Shown here: positions 28,796-39,155 of the stretch, in pieces
Numbering within the stretch: the first letter of the stretch is position 1
How the letters are laid out: each line of letters begins with the position of its first letter
Assembly (NCBI GenBank): GCA_040387835.1
Contig: JAZKCZ010000002.1
Location: 341,166-405,165 of the forward strand
From: Myxococcota bacterium
GTDB lineage: Bacteria > Myxococcota > UBA727 > JABDBI01
Direction: 5' to 3'
Length of the DNA: 64,000 nucleotides
Notes under the pieces: generated by a model
Seen by the model: only the letters and a program-made list of their open reading frames with translations
Database searches by the model: none
Told to the model about the DNA's origin: nothing
Made by a program: the position numbers and the translations under genes

Positions 28796-30716
28796 TTGTG
28801 TCCTCCGACATATCTAGTCTTTCTCTAATTAGTTTCAGCAATTTGATGGCGGAGAAAGGTTTTTGAATAAATGCTGAACCACTTTCTAACACGCCGTTTT
28901 CCGCAATCACATTGTCTGTATAGCCAGACATAAAGATTACTTTCATGTCGGGCTTGATTTTTTTAAGTCTTTCCGCCAGTTGCCTGCCATTCATGTTTGG
29001 CATGATCACATCGGTCAGCATTAAATCGATGTGTCCCTTTTCTTGCTCACAAATAAGTAAGGCTTCGCCGCCATTTCGGGCTTCGAGCACATGATAGCCA
29101 TGTTTGCTTAAGAGATTGATCGCTACACCGCGAACGCGTTCTTCATCTTCCACCACCAGGATCGTTTCTTTGCCGCCTTCTGGCTTGGCCACTTCAGATG
29201 GAATTGGGCTTTCAATGGTTCCTTCTTCTATGACTTTAGGGAAATATAATTTGAACGTGGTGCCGTGACCCACTTCACTATAAACAGAGATAAAACCGTT
29301 GTTTTGTTTGACGTTCCCATACACCGTGGACAGTCCAAGGCCAGTTCCTTGCCCTAAACCTTTGGTGGTAAAGAAAGGCTCAAAGATGCGAGCCGAAACC
29401 GCTTCGGTCATGCCGCAGCCATTGTCGCTAATGGCAAACATCACGTATTGGCCAGGCTCAACACCCGAATGTTCTTTTTGGTGACTTGAGTCCAACGTGA
29501 CGTTGTGCGTTTCTAAAATTAGCTTACCGCCACTTGGCATTGCATCTCTAGCGTTGACCGCCAAATTCATGACGATTTGCTCAACCTGACCAGCATCGGC
29601 CTTTATTTGCCACACAGGGTTGTTTGCGTGGTTGATTAGTTCAACATCTTCTCCGAGCAGTCTTTGCAACATGCGCTCCATGCGTACCAGCACGGCGTTA
29701 AGATCCATTAATTTCGGTGCGATAATTTGCTTACGGCTGAAAGCCAATAACTGCTGAGTTAACGAAGCAGCGCGCTCACCGGATTCCAAGATGGCCTCGA
29801 CCCGTTTGCGCATTGGGTCCATCGGTGTCAAATCATCCATGAGCATCTGGCCATAATTCAAGATTACTGTGAGTAGATTGTTGAAATCATGAGCAACCCC
29901 ACCGGCCAAACGACCAATGGCTTCCATTTTTTGGGACTGCCTAAGTTGTTGCTCGAGCTCTCGCTGGCTGGTCAAGTTCACAATACTGACCAAAGCGTTG
30001 GACAAAATAGCATCTTTAGGCGGCACGCGAATCTGAATCATAATATTCAGTGGAACACCCTTAAAGGTCCTGGCCACACTCTCAAAATCAAAAGAAAGCA
30101 AGCCACCCGCCAGCCCAACAACGACATCCTGAAAATTAAAGAGCGTTTCCTCAGTGAGCAACTTCCCAAAGTTAGCCATCAAATCATTTTTGTCTTCTGC
30201 GCCGAATAAGCTGACCGAGGTGCCGTTCACATCGACCATTGTCACCAAAGACATAGTCTCCCCCATCCATTCGGGGTGCTTAACCAAAAAGGCCCTAATA
30301 TCAGTTACACCTGATTTTTTTAAATCTTCAATCGCAGAAACCAGCTTAGAAATATCTTGCTCCCAAATCGAAACCGAAGTGGTTTCAAAAATATGGCGAT
30401 ATTTTTGCTCTCTGATCGTGAGTTCTTGGGTTCGCTTAAGAACTTCATCCTCTAATGCTTGCTTAGAAATAACGGATCTTTCAAGCTCTTGGCCAAGCAT
30501 GTTGAGCCCAACGGCAACTGCATTGAAACCTGAGTCTTCGTAGCCGACCTGAACTTTCTTGCTAAAATCCAAAGCGGATAAACTCAAAATAACGTCTAGG
30601 ATCTCTTCCGTTAGACGCTCTGCTTCATCAGGATTTAGAGTTACCGAAAGCTCTTCACTCACCATTAAACTCCTAAAATTCAGTTTAACATGACTGTTCA
30701 TTTGATCGCGAAACAA
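28779..30716 (-). CDS. PAS-containing hybrid sensor histidine kinase (PAS-HisKA-HATPase_c-REC)
   Basis: PAS (…IFETTSVSIWEQD…), H-box AHDFNNLL, DNGCGM / GTGLGLSTV, receiver at the C-terminus. Confidence 0.85.
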   Translation of the reverse strand: MFRDQMNSHVKLNFRSLMVSEELSVTLNPDEAERLTEEILDVILSLSALDFSKKVQVGYEDSGFNAVAVGLNMLGQELERSVISKQALEDEVLKRTQELTIREQKYRHIFETTSVSIWEQDISKLVSAIEDLKKSGVTDIRAFLVKHPEWMGETMSLVTMVDVNGTSVSLFGAEDKNDLMANFGKLLTEETLFNFQDVVVGLAGGLLSFDFESVARTFKGVPLNIMIQIRVPPKDAILSNALVSIVNLTSQRELEQQLRQSQKMEAIGRLAGGVAHDFNNLLTVILNYGQMLMDDLTPMDPMRKRVEAILESGERAASLTQQLLAFSRKQIIAPKLMDLNAVLVRMERMLQRLLGEDVELINHANNPVWQIKADAGQVEQIVMNLAVNARDAMPSGGKLILETHNVTLDSSHQKEHSGVEPGQYVMFAISDNGCGMTEAVSARIFEPFFTTKGLGQGTGLGLSTVYGNVKQNNGFISVYSEVGHGTTFKLYFPKVIEEGTIESPIPSEVAKPEGGKETILVVEDEERVRGVAINLLSKHGYHVLEARNGGEALLICEQEKGHIDLMLTDVIMPNMNGRQLAERLKKIKPDMKVIFMSGYTDNVIAENGVLESGSAFIQKPFSAIKLLKLIRERLDMSEDTNETIG

Positions 30717-30744
30717 CTTTTATATTAAAATATTTTAAACAGGG

Positions 30745-31149
30745 GTGATATTCATGGATATTCAGCAAAATTCGAACGAAGTAACCACTCGCACCGCGCG
30801 CCTATGGCTTGGGGAAGATGGCATCCTTCGAAAAGTCTTCTTAAAAAATGCTGATGAAACGCTGGCGGACGCTTTGGCTTCCGAAGACATCATCAAGCGC
30901 ATCAGCGGAGAAAAGAAAAGACCGATTTTGGTCGATTTCACAGCGCTTCACTCCATGGATCAAGATGCCAGAGATTATTACGTGAGCGAACGCGCAGGCA
31001 CACTGCTGGCTGCCTGCGGTGGGGTGACGCGATCGATGATCGGCCGCGTTATCAGCAACTTCTTTATTGGCTTCAACAAGCCTCCAACACCTGTGAAGCT
31101 GTTTGGAAGCGAAGAAGAAGCCATCACCTGGCTGAAGCAGTTTATTTAA
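30745..31149 (+). CDS. Small STAS/SpoIIAA-like domain protein (134 aa), tentative
   Basis: Size and pattern (…ILVDFTALHSMDQDARDYY…) resemble STAS-type partner-switch domains that neighbour kinases. Confidence 0.4.
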   Translation: MIFMDIQQNSNEVTTRTARLWLGEDGILRKVFLKNADETLADALASEDIIKRISGEKKRPILVDFTALHSMDQDARDYYVSERAGTLLAACGGVTRSMIGRVISNFFIGFNKPPTPVKLFGSEEEAITWLKQFI

Positions 31150-31811
31150 AGAAGCTTACCAAAGCGGCTTTCCAAGATGGCTTTCATATTATCGGCCTCA
31201 ACCTGATGGCCAGCTTTGAACAGATTCCAGACATCACCTACCCAAGGCCTGTCTTTGCGGGCTTGCGCCTTTTTAATATGTTCCGGCAGGTCGTTTCCTC
31301 TTATGTAATACGGATGCCGGCAGTTAACCCACATCAACACACAGCCGGGTTTATTGAAAGTTGGCATGGCATCGATAAAACGGCAGTAATACCGCATCCA
31401 TAGCTCATTAGGCTGATCCCAGGCGCATAGATAATCCACCACTTTGCTGTCTGCATAGCTTTCGGTACGCACATAGATGCTGGTATCAGGAGCCAGCGCC
31501 TCACGGCCAACATATAGATCGCCTTCAACCAGTTTTAGATCTCTGAGCGTGTAGGTCCATTCTTCCAGGCTAAATGGGTTGGCCGCGTATTCAAAAGCCT
31601 TGTCTACCGGACATTTGATATAGGAAAATACCGGGCAATAATCGCCAAATACTTCTTCATAATCATATTTCTCTTTGGTAGCGCTGATGAACTTCGGCAT
31701 AGAAGTTTCAGGCGGATGTTCTTCCGATCGAAATAACCCTGAGATCTTTGACAGAGGCATGTCGTTGGTTAAAAGATCGTTGCGTGTCCAGCCTGAATTT
31801 GAACTTTTCAT
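31146..31811 (-). CDS. Hypothetical protein (221 aa)
   Basis: ORF convergent with the STAS-like gene (4-nt overlap). Several Cys/Trp. No domain recognised. Confidence 0.5.
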   Translation of the reverse strand: MKSSNSGWTRNDLLTNDMPLSKISGLFRSEEHPPETSMPKFISATKEKYDYEEVFGDYCPVFSYIKCPVDKAFEYAANPFSLEEWTYTLRDLKLVEGDLYVGREALAPDTSIYVRTESYADSKVVDYLCAWDQPNELWMRYYCRFIDAMPTFNKPGCVLMWVNCRHPYYIRGNDLPEHIKKAQARKDRPWVGDVWNLFKAGHQVEADNMKAILESRFGKLL

Positions 31812-31856
31812 GTTCTGATTGAAACATGGGGTCCGTTTCTAAGTCAATTCATCTGC

Positions 31857-34208
31857 CTATCTTTCGTAGTGGCATTCTTGCAAAAGCTGATTTATGCGCC
31901 GCAGATCGTCTTTTTTATCTGCCTTCAACCTGGCTTTACCGCCTTCGAAAACCAGCAAACCCATATCTTCAAATAAGAGCAAAGCGTTATCTACGAGAGA
32001 TTTACTCGCGATCTCAGGGTAGTCCGTCACACCGCTTAATACAGCTTCCTTAAGAAAATCCAAAAGCGCCGAAACCAAAGCCTTGCGACTTGGAGATTTA
32101 AGAACTGCCGATTCGAGCTTTTTGGAACATATCCAATACGCATCGATAAAATTAGCCAGCAAATTGGAGGCGAACAAAAGCTGCTCCTCATTCTCCCGAG
32201 AATCAATCATACGAATATGATCTTGCACCCGGGTCATGATTTTAGCTTCAACCACAGAAGCCATCCGCTTTTCGAAGAGCTCTTCAAAGGGCACTCCAGC
32301 CGGAGAAGTGAACTCAAACCTAAAAATCTGAGTAAGTGCATAAGCCTTTTTCTGTAAGACCGATTTTTTAACCACTTTGCGCTGATTTGTACCGCAAGAT
32401 ACGATAAAAGCCGTGGCCAAAATGGCATCCGCCACAAAGTGGTGAATGAGATTATTTTTATAATAATCCAAAGATAGCGCATTCTTTTCAGGGACTCGAT
32501 AATAGCTCCGCCTGCCCGCTTGCTCAGCCACAATCAATCCATCTTGCAGCAAGCCTTCTAAAACAGGCTCCAAGCTTGGCTTAGGAACTCCTACATGCAG
32601 CGCTATTTTTTTAACTGACCACTCCAGTTGAGCACGGGACAAAATGCGACGTTTAGCGCCAAGCAATGCCGCCGCAACCAAAGACACAGGCGTTACCACC
32701 GTGCAACGGTTGATACCCGAGATAATGCGCTGCGCTAGGATTTTCACCAAGCCTTCGCCTTGATGAACATCAAAATGCTCCACAAAGGAAATAGGCTCGT
32801 CTAGATTCACAAACACACGCCCATAACGTTTGCGTAGGATTTTAAGTGAGCTGAGCAGATCTCTGCGCCCCTCTCGTCGTTTATCTGCACCTTCAAGCTC
32901 TAGGCGATATTCGCCCGCTTCTACCAGCTTTTCATAAGAGATGGAGACGGGGATAAACGTTGCTTCAGAAAGCTTATGCTTGCTTAAACAGTCCACCATA
33001 ATAGACAGCAAACCAAGCTTAGGCGGCATGGTTTTACCGCTACGGCTTCTCGCGCCTTCGATAAAAAATTCTTGCGTAAACCGCTCTCTCAGGAGCCTTT
33101 TAATATAAGCCCTGACCACTTGAGGGTACAAAGGATCGCCCTTAAAACTGCGCCGGATAAAATAAGCGCCGCCTTGTCTAAATATCGCTCCCAGAGGAAA
33201 AAACGACAAATTATCGCCTGCAGCCACATGGGGGAGCATCAGGCCTTCCCAATATAGAATCTGGCTTAAAACCACATAGTCCATGTGGCTTCGATGCGCA
33301 GGCACCAAAATCACCGGCCCTCTCAGCGAAGCTTGTTTGATTTTATCAATATCCGACGCTTTCCAAACGATACCATCGTAAATTCGGTTCCAAACCAAAC
33401 TTAGAACTTTATCCATCAAGTGGATCATATCGATATCAAAGCGAGCCGCTATCTCTGAATAATATTGCTGCGCTTTTTTTTGCAGCTTAACTTTGGGCAA
33501 ACCAGTTTGGGTTTCAATGCCGGCCATGAAACTCTGCAAATCATTATCGCGGATTGTATCCGCACCAATGCGAGCCGTGCCTTTCGCAGCTGGCCCATAA
33601 TAAGTTCTTTCCAAAACTTTGAGGCGCTTGAGCAAAACGCCTCTCACCTTTCGAACCAAAATTTCATCTGGTGCGCCAGCATTCGCTTCAAGAAACAGTT
33701 TTAAATTTAAAGGCTCAGCAATTACCCATTTGGCAGAGCGCCTAAACACCATCAACCTAAGCAAAAGGCGCAGAAAACCCGGCTCGCCTCTGGTGCCGAA
33801 AATCCGATCAACGGCCGAGGGCCTGAGTTTACTGGAACGAGCGCCTAAAACCAAAGCATGGGGCACCAAAAATATAGGCTTTTCAATGCTTTTTTGCAGG
33901 CGAATCAAAGTCCGAACATAGTCTCGCTTACGACTTTTTTTCATGGACCAAGCGCTGTTGGGCTTTCTGAGAAACAGCTCCAACGCACCGAGGCCACTGC
34001 GGAGCGATCGAATTAATTGAGCCGCTTTGGAAGAAGATTTAAACGCCGAAAAAACTACCGGAGGCAGACCAAATTGAGAAATCGATCTTTGCAGGACCCA
34101 GTGCAGCAAAATGCTTTTGGAACGATGTACGTAGGCAACTACACCTTCAGCGCCCAAGTCTTTGACGCGCACCGCTTGATCGTCAGAATATCGGATTTTA
34201 CTTAGCAT
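31857..34208 (-). CDS. plsB: Glycerol-3-phosphate O-acyltransferase
   Basis: 783 aa. HRSHMDYV acyltransferase motif (HxxxxD), FIRRSF, and EGARSRSGK blocks typical of PlsB. Confidence 0.85.
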   Translation of the reverse strand: MLSKIRYSDDQAVRVKDLGAEGVVAYVHRSKSILLHWVLQRSISQFGLPPVVFSAFKSSSKAAQLIRSLRSGLGALELFLRKPNSAWSMKKSRKRDYVRTLIRLQKSIEKPIFLVPHALVLGARSSKLRPSAVDRIFGTRGEPGFLRLLLRLMVFRRSAKWVIAEPLNLKLFLEANAGAPDEILVRKVRGVLLKRLKVLERTYYGPAAKGTARIGADTIRDNDLQSFMAGIETQTGLPKVKLQKKAQQYYSEIAARFDIDMIHLMDKVLSLVWNRIYDGIVWKASDIDKIKQASLRGPVILVPAHRSHMDYVVLSQILYWEGLMLPHVAAGDNLSFFPLGAIFRQGGAYFIRRSFKGDPLYPQVVRAYIKRLLRERFTQEFFIEGARSRSGKTMPPKLGLLSIMVDCLSKHKLSEATFIPVSISYEKLVEAGEYRLELEGADKRREGRRDLLSSLKILRKRYGRVFVNLDEPISFVEHFDVHQGEGLVKILAQRIISGINRCTVVTPVSLVAAALLGAKRRILSRAQLEWSVKKIALHVGVPKPSLEPVLEGLLQDGLIVAEQAGRRSYYRVPEKNALSLDYYKNNLIHHFVADAILATAFIVSCGTNQRKVVKKSVLQKKAYALTQIFRFEFTSPAGVPFEELFEKRMASVVEAKIMTRVQDHIRMIDSRENEEQLLFASNLLANFIDAYWICSKKLESAVLKSPSRKALVSALLDFLKEAVLSGVTDYPEIASKSLVDNALLLFEDMGLLVFEGGKARLKADKKDDLRRINQLLQECHYER

Positions 34209-34211
34209 AAT

Positions 34212-34742
34212 ATGTATATATCCGTAAAACTGACATATTGGGGACTTGCTGAAAAGAGGAACTCATGCGATTTTGCCCAGATGAATCGGATGTGGATTAA
34301 AAAGAACCAAAGCATTCTCGCTACTGTCGCTGTCCTTTTTGCTGTTATCGTATGCGGCATTCCTGTTTGGATTCATCTCGCTGAGAAAAAGAACGAGGTT
34401 GCATCGGAAAGCTATTATCGGGCACTGGCAGCGATCAAAAAGGACGACCCTGAAAGCTTAAAAACCGCTCAGGCCGCTCTCAATCAAATCGCCGTTAAGG
34501 ACGATTCCAAGGTTTCCAGACTTGCAAGCCTGGCCTCAGCGAAGATTTCTCTCCAATTAGGCGATGCAGGCGCAGCAGCAAAAATTTACGAAATGCTACT
34601 GACTAAACTTTCTCCTAAAGATGCCCTAAGGCCTTTAGCGCTGGTTGGACTTAAAACCAGCTACGATGTCTTGGGTCAGAGCGAAAAATCCAAAAATATT
34701 CAAGCCGAACTAGCCAGCCTTGGCTTTTTGAAAGCGAAATAA
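34212..34742 (+). CDS. YfgM-like membrane-anchored TPR-like protein. Probable start is MNRMWIKK at 34281.
   Basis: N-terminal TM (ILATVAVLFAVIVCGIPVWI) then a helical Ala-rich domain. It lies upstream of bamB, the same order as E. coli yfgM-bamB. Confidence 0.5.
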   Translation: MYISVKLTYWGLAEKRNSCDFAQMNRMWIKKNQSILATVAVLFAVIVCGIPVWIHLAEKKNEVASESYYRALAAIKKDDPESLKTAQAALNQIAVKDDSKVSRLASLASAKISLQLGDAGAAAKIYEMLLTKLSPKDALRPLALVGLKTSYDVLGQSEKSKNIQAELASLGFLKAK

Positions 34743-34748
34743 AAACGC

Positions 34749-35846
34749 GTGTTTTTACTCCTTACATTGCAAATCCTCGCGCTCGAGCAAGCGCCCAAGC
34801 AAATCGTTGCTAAGAACTACTGCGTGTCCTCTCTCTTTGCAGAGCCGGACACTGGCTGTATTAGCTGGAATCGCCACGAAACCGCCGGGCCTCTATTAGA
34901 TGAAAAACGTCAGGTTCTCTATATCGGCGGCTCTGACGGTTACCTGCATATCGTCTCCCCCATCAGCGGCAAAGTTTTAAAACGCATTGCTTTACCAGGC
35001 AGCTTACTAACCACCCCTACCCTGCTAGAAGACATTCTATTGGTTGGAACCAACCAGGGCAGCGTGATTAAGTTTGACATTGATACCTGGAATCCAGTGT
35101 GGCAGCAGAAACTGGGCAGCGAACTTACCAATCCCATCGTAACCAATGGCAACAAAGCCTACGTGGTCAGCGGTGTTGGCACCCTGCATGCATTGGATTT
35201 AGAAACAGGCGAGCTGCTCTGGGAAAAGCGGCATACCGCCAACACTTTAGGCCTGTCGATGAAATCCAATCCCTTGATAGCAGGCGACAAACTTGTTTTA
35301 GGCAGCGACAGTGGCAAACTCGAGTTCTTAGACTTGGCCAGCGGTGCCGCATTATTTAGCCTCAATTTAGGTGACACCAAAAAACCTTATCCAGGTATCG
35401 TCGCTGATCCAGTTGCGATCGGCTCGAATCAAATTGCCGTTGCATCCTTTAATCAAGGTGTGTTTGCACTAGATGCTACCACTGGTGCCATCCGTTGGTC
35501 CGTGCCCCATTTACCCAATATCACACGTTTGGCACTGAGCGATAAATCGCTAATTGCTGCGGGCCCTAGATATGTTTACGCCATCGATTTGGCGAGCCAA
35601 AAGATCCTGTGGAAATTTGATTTCAAAAAAGGCAGTCCGAATCGTTTAATCGTTAAAAATGGCGCAGTTTACCTAGGCTCAGACAGCGCTGCGTTATATG
35701 TTCTGAATGCGGCATCTGGCCGTCCACTTTCAAATTTAGGATCGGGTCTTGGCTTTGCGGCAGACTTTGATTTTTCTTCTGATGCAACCTTGTTTGCCGT
35801 CAGCACGGCGGGTTATCTTTACAAATATGGACGAAAGAAAACTTAG
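34749..35846 (+). CDS. bamB: Outer membrane protein assembly factor BamB (PQQ-like beta-propeller)
   Basis: Repeated PQQ-like blades (…YVVSGVGTLHALDLETGELLWE…, …AIDLASQKILWKF…, …YLGSDSAALYVLNAASG…). Context is yfgM-bamB. GTG start. Confidence 0.7.
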   Translation: MFLLLTLQILALEQAPKQIVAKNYCVSSLFAEPDTGCISWNRHETAGPLLDEKRQVLYIGGSDGYLHIVSPISGKVLKRIALPGSLLTTPTLLEDILLVGTNQGSVIKFDIDTWNPVWQQKLGSELTNPIVTNGNKAYVVSGVGTLHALDLETGELLWEKRHTANTLGLSMKSNPLIAGDKLVLGSDSGKLEFLDLASGAALFSLNLGDTKKPYPGIVADPVAIGSNQIAVASFNQGVFALDATTGAIRWSVPHLPNITRLALSDKSLIAAGPRYVYAIDLASQKILWKFDFKKGSPNRLIVKNGAVYLGSDSAALYVLNAASGRPLSNLGSGLGFAADFDFSSDATLFAVSTAGYLYKYGRKKT

Positions 35847-36324
35847 AGTTGTCGCAGCCTTAATCAGGCAAGGCAAACAGGTCTTAATCACCGAGCGCTG
35901 GCCTGGCAAGCACATGGGTTTGACCTGGGAATTTCCTGGCGGCAAAGTCGAAGCTGGAGAGTCCGATGAACAAGCTTTAAAGCGTGAGCTTCAAGAAGAA
36001 CTTGGCATTGAAGTGGATGTGGGCTCTTGCTGTTTTCAAACCACCTACTCGTACAGTAACAAAGAAGTCCACCTATGCATCTATCGATGCAAAATCACCG
36101 AAGGAACCCCCACGGCCCTAGATGTGAAAAGCCTAGAATGGGTCGCCGGCGATAAATTAGGCCTGCGGCCTTTCCCACCTGCAGATATGCTCTTTGTGCA
36201 AGAGTTGGTGGCGGATCGAATCCCCGAAGAAAGCGAGCTTGAAGACAGCGATTTATCATTTAAGCCCGCGATGGTGGTGCGGCGTATTAAGCCAAGTGCT
36301 TCTTCAACATATTCTCAAGGGTAG
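35827..36324 (+). CDS. mutT: NUDIX hydrolase, 8-oxo-dGTP diphosphatase-like
   Basis: MDERKLRVVAALI... start, NUDIX box GGKVEAGESDEQALKRELQEELGI. The ORF track's upstream ATG (35749) would overlap bamB by 98 nt, so the internal ATG at 35827 is preferred. Confidence 0.8.
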   Translation: MDERKLRVVAALIRQGKQVLITERWPGKHMGLTWEFPGGKVEAGESDEQALKRELQEELGIEVDVGSCCFQTTYSYSNKEVHLCIYRCKITEGTPTALDVKSLEWVAGDKLGLRPFPPADMLFVQELVADRIPEESELEDSDLSFKPAMVVRRIKPSASSTYSQG

Positions 36325-36613
36325 CCTTAGCGACACCGCCGATCACTTGGTCTACCGGCTCACCGTTTTTGAACAGAATTAAAGTAGGAATGGAGCGAAT
36401 TCCAAAACGTGAAGCGATTTCATTGTTTTGGTCCACGTCGAGCTTGCCCACGCGTACTTTGCCGGCGTATTCATTCGCCAACGCTTCAACATGCGGTGCA
36501 ATTGCCAAACATGGTCCACACCATGTCGCCCAGAAATCCAATAAAAAAGGCTCGCTGGATGCCTGAACTTCTGTTTCAAAATTAGAATCTGTGATATGAA
36601 GGACGTTTTGTGC
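36287..36613 (-). CDS. trxA: Thioredoxin
   Basis: WCGPC active site. 108-aa size if started at MAQNVLHITDSNFE. The ORF track's upstream ATG is 36637. Confidence 0.85.
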   Translation of the reverse strand, partial: AQNVLHITDSNFETEVQASSEPFLLDFWATWCGPCLAIAPHVEALANEYAGKVRVGKLDVDQNNEIASRFGIRSIPTLILFKNGEPVDQVIGGVAKATLENMLKKHLA

Positions 36614-36653
36614 CATAGACACGTAGTATGAGTTCATCTATTAGCAAAAATCA

Positions 36654-37547
36654 ATGCCTATTCGAATCGGAGCACGTGGATCCAAGCTGTCCCGTGCGCA
36701 ATTACACATTGTCCAAACAGCTCTCGAAAAAGCCTGGCCTGAAATTCAATTTGTCACACACATATTTGAAACATCAGGCGATTTGGACCAAAAAAGTCCC
36801 TTACCCGAAATTGGTGGGAAAGGTGTCTTTACGGCAGAACTTGAACAAGCCCTTACAGAAGGCACAATCGACCTTGCCGTACACAGCCAAAAAGATTTGC
36901 CGGTCCAAAACCCGCCTGGTCTTTGCCTCGGCGCCATCCTCGAACGCGCAACGCCCACAGACGCCCTCATCAGTATCTTTGGCCACACCTTAGCCACGCT
37001 GCCCATGGGCGGCAAAGTTGGCACCAGCAGCGCCAGACGCAAAGCACAACTTTTAGCTCTAAGACCTGATCTAGACATCGTATCCATCAGAGGCAACGTT
37101 GACACACGCCTTAAAAAAGCCGCCTCGTTAGACGCCATCGTCCTAGCACACGCTGGCCTCGAGCGCTTAGATCTTCAAAAGCATATCTCCGAAGAAATCG
37201 ATTCAGCTCGAATGTTACCTGCGCCCGCCCAAGGTGCTCTCGCCGTTCAATGCCGCAACGAAACCGAGTTTTTAACGCTTCTAAAGCCGCTTCATCATGA
37301 AGATACTGGTAAATGCACTCAGGCAGAGCGCGCCTTTTTACAAGGGCTAGGCGGTGGTTGCTCGCTTCCCATTTCAGCCTTGGCCTATGTTGAAGACCAA
37401 ACCATTTACCTAGAAGGCCAAGTACTAAATCCGCAAGGCACACGCGAAATTCGCCTGACGCTCGCTGGCAATGATCCCATCGAACTTGGCCATGAATTAG
37501 CCAAGCAGGCTTTAGCGCAAGGAGCTCATGAGCTCATTGGCGAGTAA
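36654..37547 (+). CDS. hemC: Porphobilinogen deaminase (hydroxymethylbilane synthase)
   Basis: IRIGARGSKLSRAQ ... GGKGVFT ... and the dipyrromethane cofactor Cys region (GGGCSLP). Confidence 0.9.
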   Translation: MPIRIGARGSKLSRAQLHIVQTALEKAWPEIQFVTHIFETSGDLDQKSPLPEIGGKGVFTAELEQALTEGTIDLAVHSQKDLPVQNPPGLCLGAILERATPTDALISIFGHTLATLPMGGKVGTSSARRKAQLLALRPDLDIVSIRGNVDTRLKKAASLDAIVLAHAGLERLDLQKHISEEIDSARMLPAPAQGALAVQCRNETEFLTLLKPLHHEDTGKCTQAERAFLQGLGGGCSLPISALAYVEDQTIYLEGQVLNPQGTREIRLTLAGNDPIELGHELAKQALAQGAHELIGE

Positions 37548-38172
37548 ATGCATCGTTGTCACCCGAAGCCTCTCGCAGAGCCAAACTCTGGTATCCTGCA
37601 TAGAAGAGGCGGGCGCCACCGCGTTTTCATATCCTTGTATCGAAATAACATTCGAGCCTTTGCCTGATATTAACTTACAAGCCTTTGACTGGTTATTGCT
37701 GACCAGCCAAAATAACGCGCAAGCCTTTGCACAAATCAACCTGCCTCAATCACTGCAGATCGCCCGCATTGATGCACAGCGAGCCCCCAATTCAGCCTCT
37801 TTGGCCGGCATGTTCGAGAGCATGCCACCACAGCGTATTTTGCTGCCGCAAAGCAATTTAGCGGATGATAGCTTGCAACAAGCCCTAAAAGCGTCTGGCC
37901 ACGCCGTTAAGCGCATTTTGAGCTACACCACGCAGGCAGCCCAAAGCGATATCGACTTGTCAAAGCATTCCATCGATGCCGTTACTTTCACTAGTCCGTC
38001 TACGGTGAAATTTTTTCTAGAGCGCGCGCCAAACTTCCTGACCGTACCCGTTGCCTGCATTGGCACGACAACTTATAAGGCTGCTTTGGCGAGCGGCTTT
38101 CAAAAGGTTATCTGCGCTAAAGAGCCCAGCCCCAGTGGTCTCGTCCAAATTCTTGAGGAATATTTCGCATGA
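37528..38172 (+). CDS. hemD: Uroporphyrinogen-III synthase
   Basis: 214 aa, two-lobed HemD-like pattern. Position between hemC and hemB, overlapping both. Confidence 0.65.
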   Translation: MSSLASKCIVVTRSLSQSQTLVSCIEEAGATAFSYPCIEITFEPLPDINLQAFDWLLLTSQNNAQAFAQINLPQSLQIARIDAQRAPNSASLAGMFESMPPQRILLPQSNLADDSLQQALKASGHAVKRILSYTTQAAQSDIDLSKHSIDAVTFTSPSTVKFFLERAPNFLTVPVACIGTTTYKAALASGFQKVICAKEPSPSGLVQILEEYFA

Positions 38173-39155
38173 ACAATTTCCCTGCCTACCCCATTAATCG
38201 TCCAAGAAGGTTAAGACGCACGCCGAATATGCGCGAACTGCTTCAAGAGACGCGCCTGTCAGTCAGCGATTTCATCTATCCCATCTTTGTGCGCCATGGG
38301 AATGATAAGAAGCCTATTGGCTCCATGCCTGGTCAACTCCAGCATAGCCTTCAGTCCTTGGTAGACGAAGTCAAGCATGTCGAGCAACTTGGCATTAAAG
38401 CCGTCATGCTCTTTGGAATTCCAGAAAAAAAAGACGCTCATGGCAGCGATAATTTGAGCGCGTCGGGCATTGCTGCATCCGCAATTCAGGTCATTAAAAA
38501 AGCATGTCCCGATTTGCTCGTTATTTCAGATCTCTGCCTATGCGATTATTCTGACCACGGTCACTGCACGCTCATAGACCCATCGAACGGCCATTTTTTA
38601 AACGAACCAACTTTAGAATATTTAGCCAAAGCAGCGGTTGTTCATGCGAGTGCAGGCTCAGATATGATTGCACCCTCTGGCTGCATCGACGGGATGGTGC
38701 AAGCCATTCGAGCAGGTCTTAACGAGGCAAAGTTTATCTATACGCCCATCATGAGCTATTCGGTTAAGTATGCCAGCAGCCTATATAGCCCTTTTAGGGA
38801 AGCGGCTGAATGTGCGCCGCAGTTCGGCAATAGAAAAACCTACCAGATGGATCCGCCCAATGCTCGCGAGGCCATTAAAGAAATGGCCATCGACATTGCC
38901 GAAGGCGCGGATATCCTAATCGTCAAACCGGCCGGCTTTTATTTAGATATTATTCAAAGCGCCAAGGCTAACTTCGACGTACCCATCACCGCCTACCAAG
39001 TCAGCGGTGAATACGCGATGCTTCATGCCAGCGCGCAGTTAGGCTGGACCGATTTACAAAGCACCGCGCTTGAAAGCCTGACCGCTATTAAGCGAGCGGG
39101 TGCGAATCAAATTATTACCTACTTTGCAAAAGATGTGGCCCAATGGATTTCCTAA
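38169..39155 (+). CDS. hemB: Porphobilinogen synthase (delta-aminolevulinate dehydratase)
   Basis: RPRRLR N-terminus, GIKAVMLFGIP, active-site Lys regions (…SDHGHC…, …VKPAG…). Confidence 0.9.
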   Translation: MNNFPAYPINRPRRLRRTPNMRELLQETRLSVSDFIYPIFVRHGNDKKPIGSMPGQLQHSLQSLVDEVKHVEQLGIKAVMLFGIPEKKDAHGSDNLSASGIAASAIQVIKKACPDLLVISDLCLCDYSDHGHCTLIDPSNGHFLNEPTLEYLAKAAVVHASAGSDMIAPSGCIDGMVQAIRAGLNEAKFIYTPIMSYSVKYASSLYSPFREAAECAPQFGNRKTYQMDPPNAREAIKEMAIDIAEGADILIVKPAGFYLDIIQSAKANFDVPITAYQVSGEYAMLHASAQLGWTDLQSTALESLTAIKRAGANQIITYFAKDVAQWIS

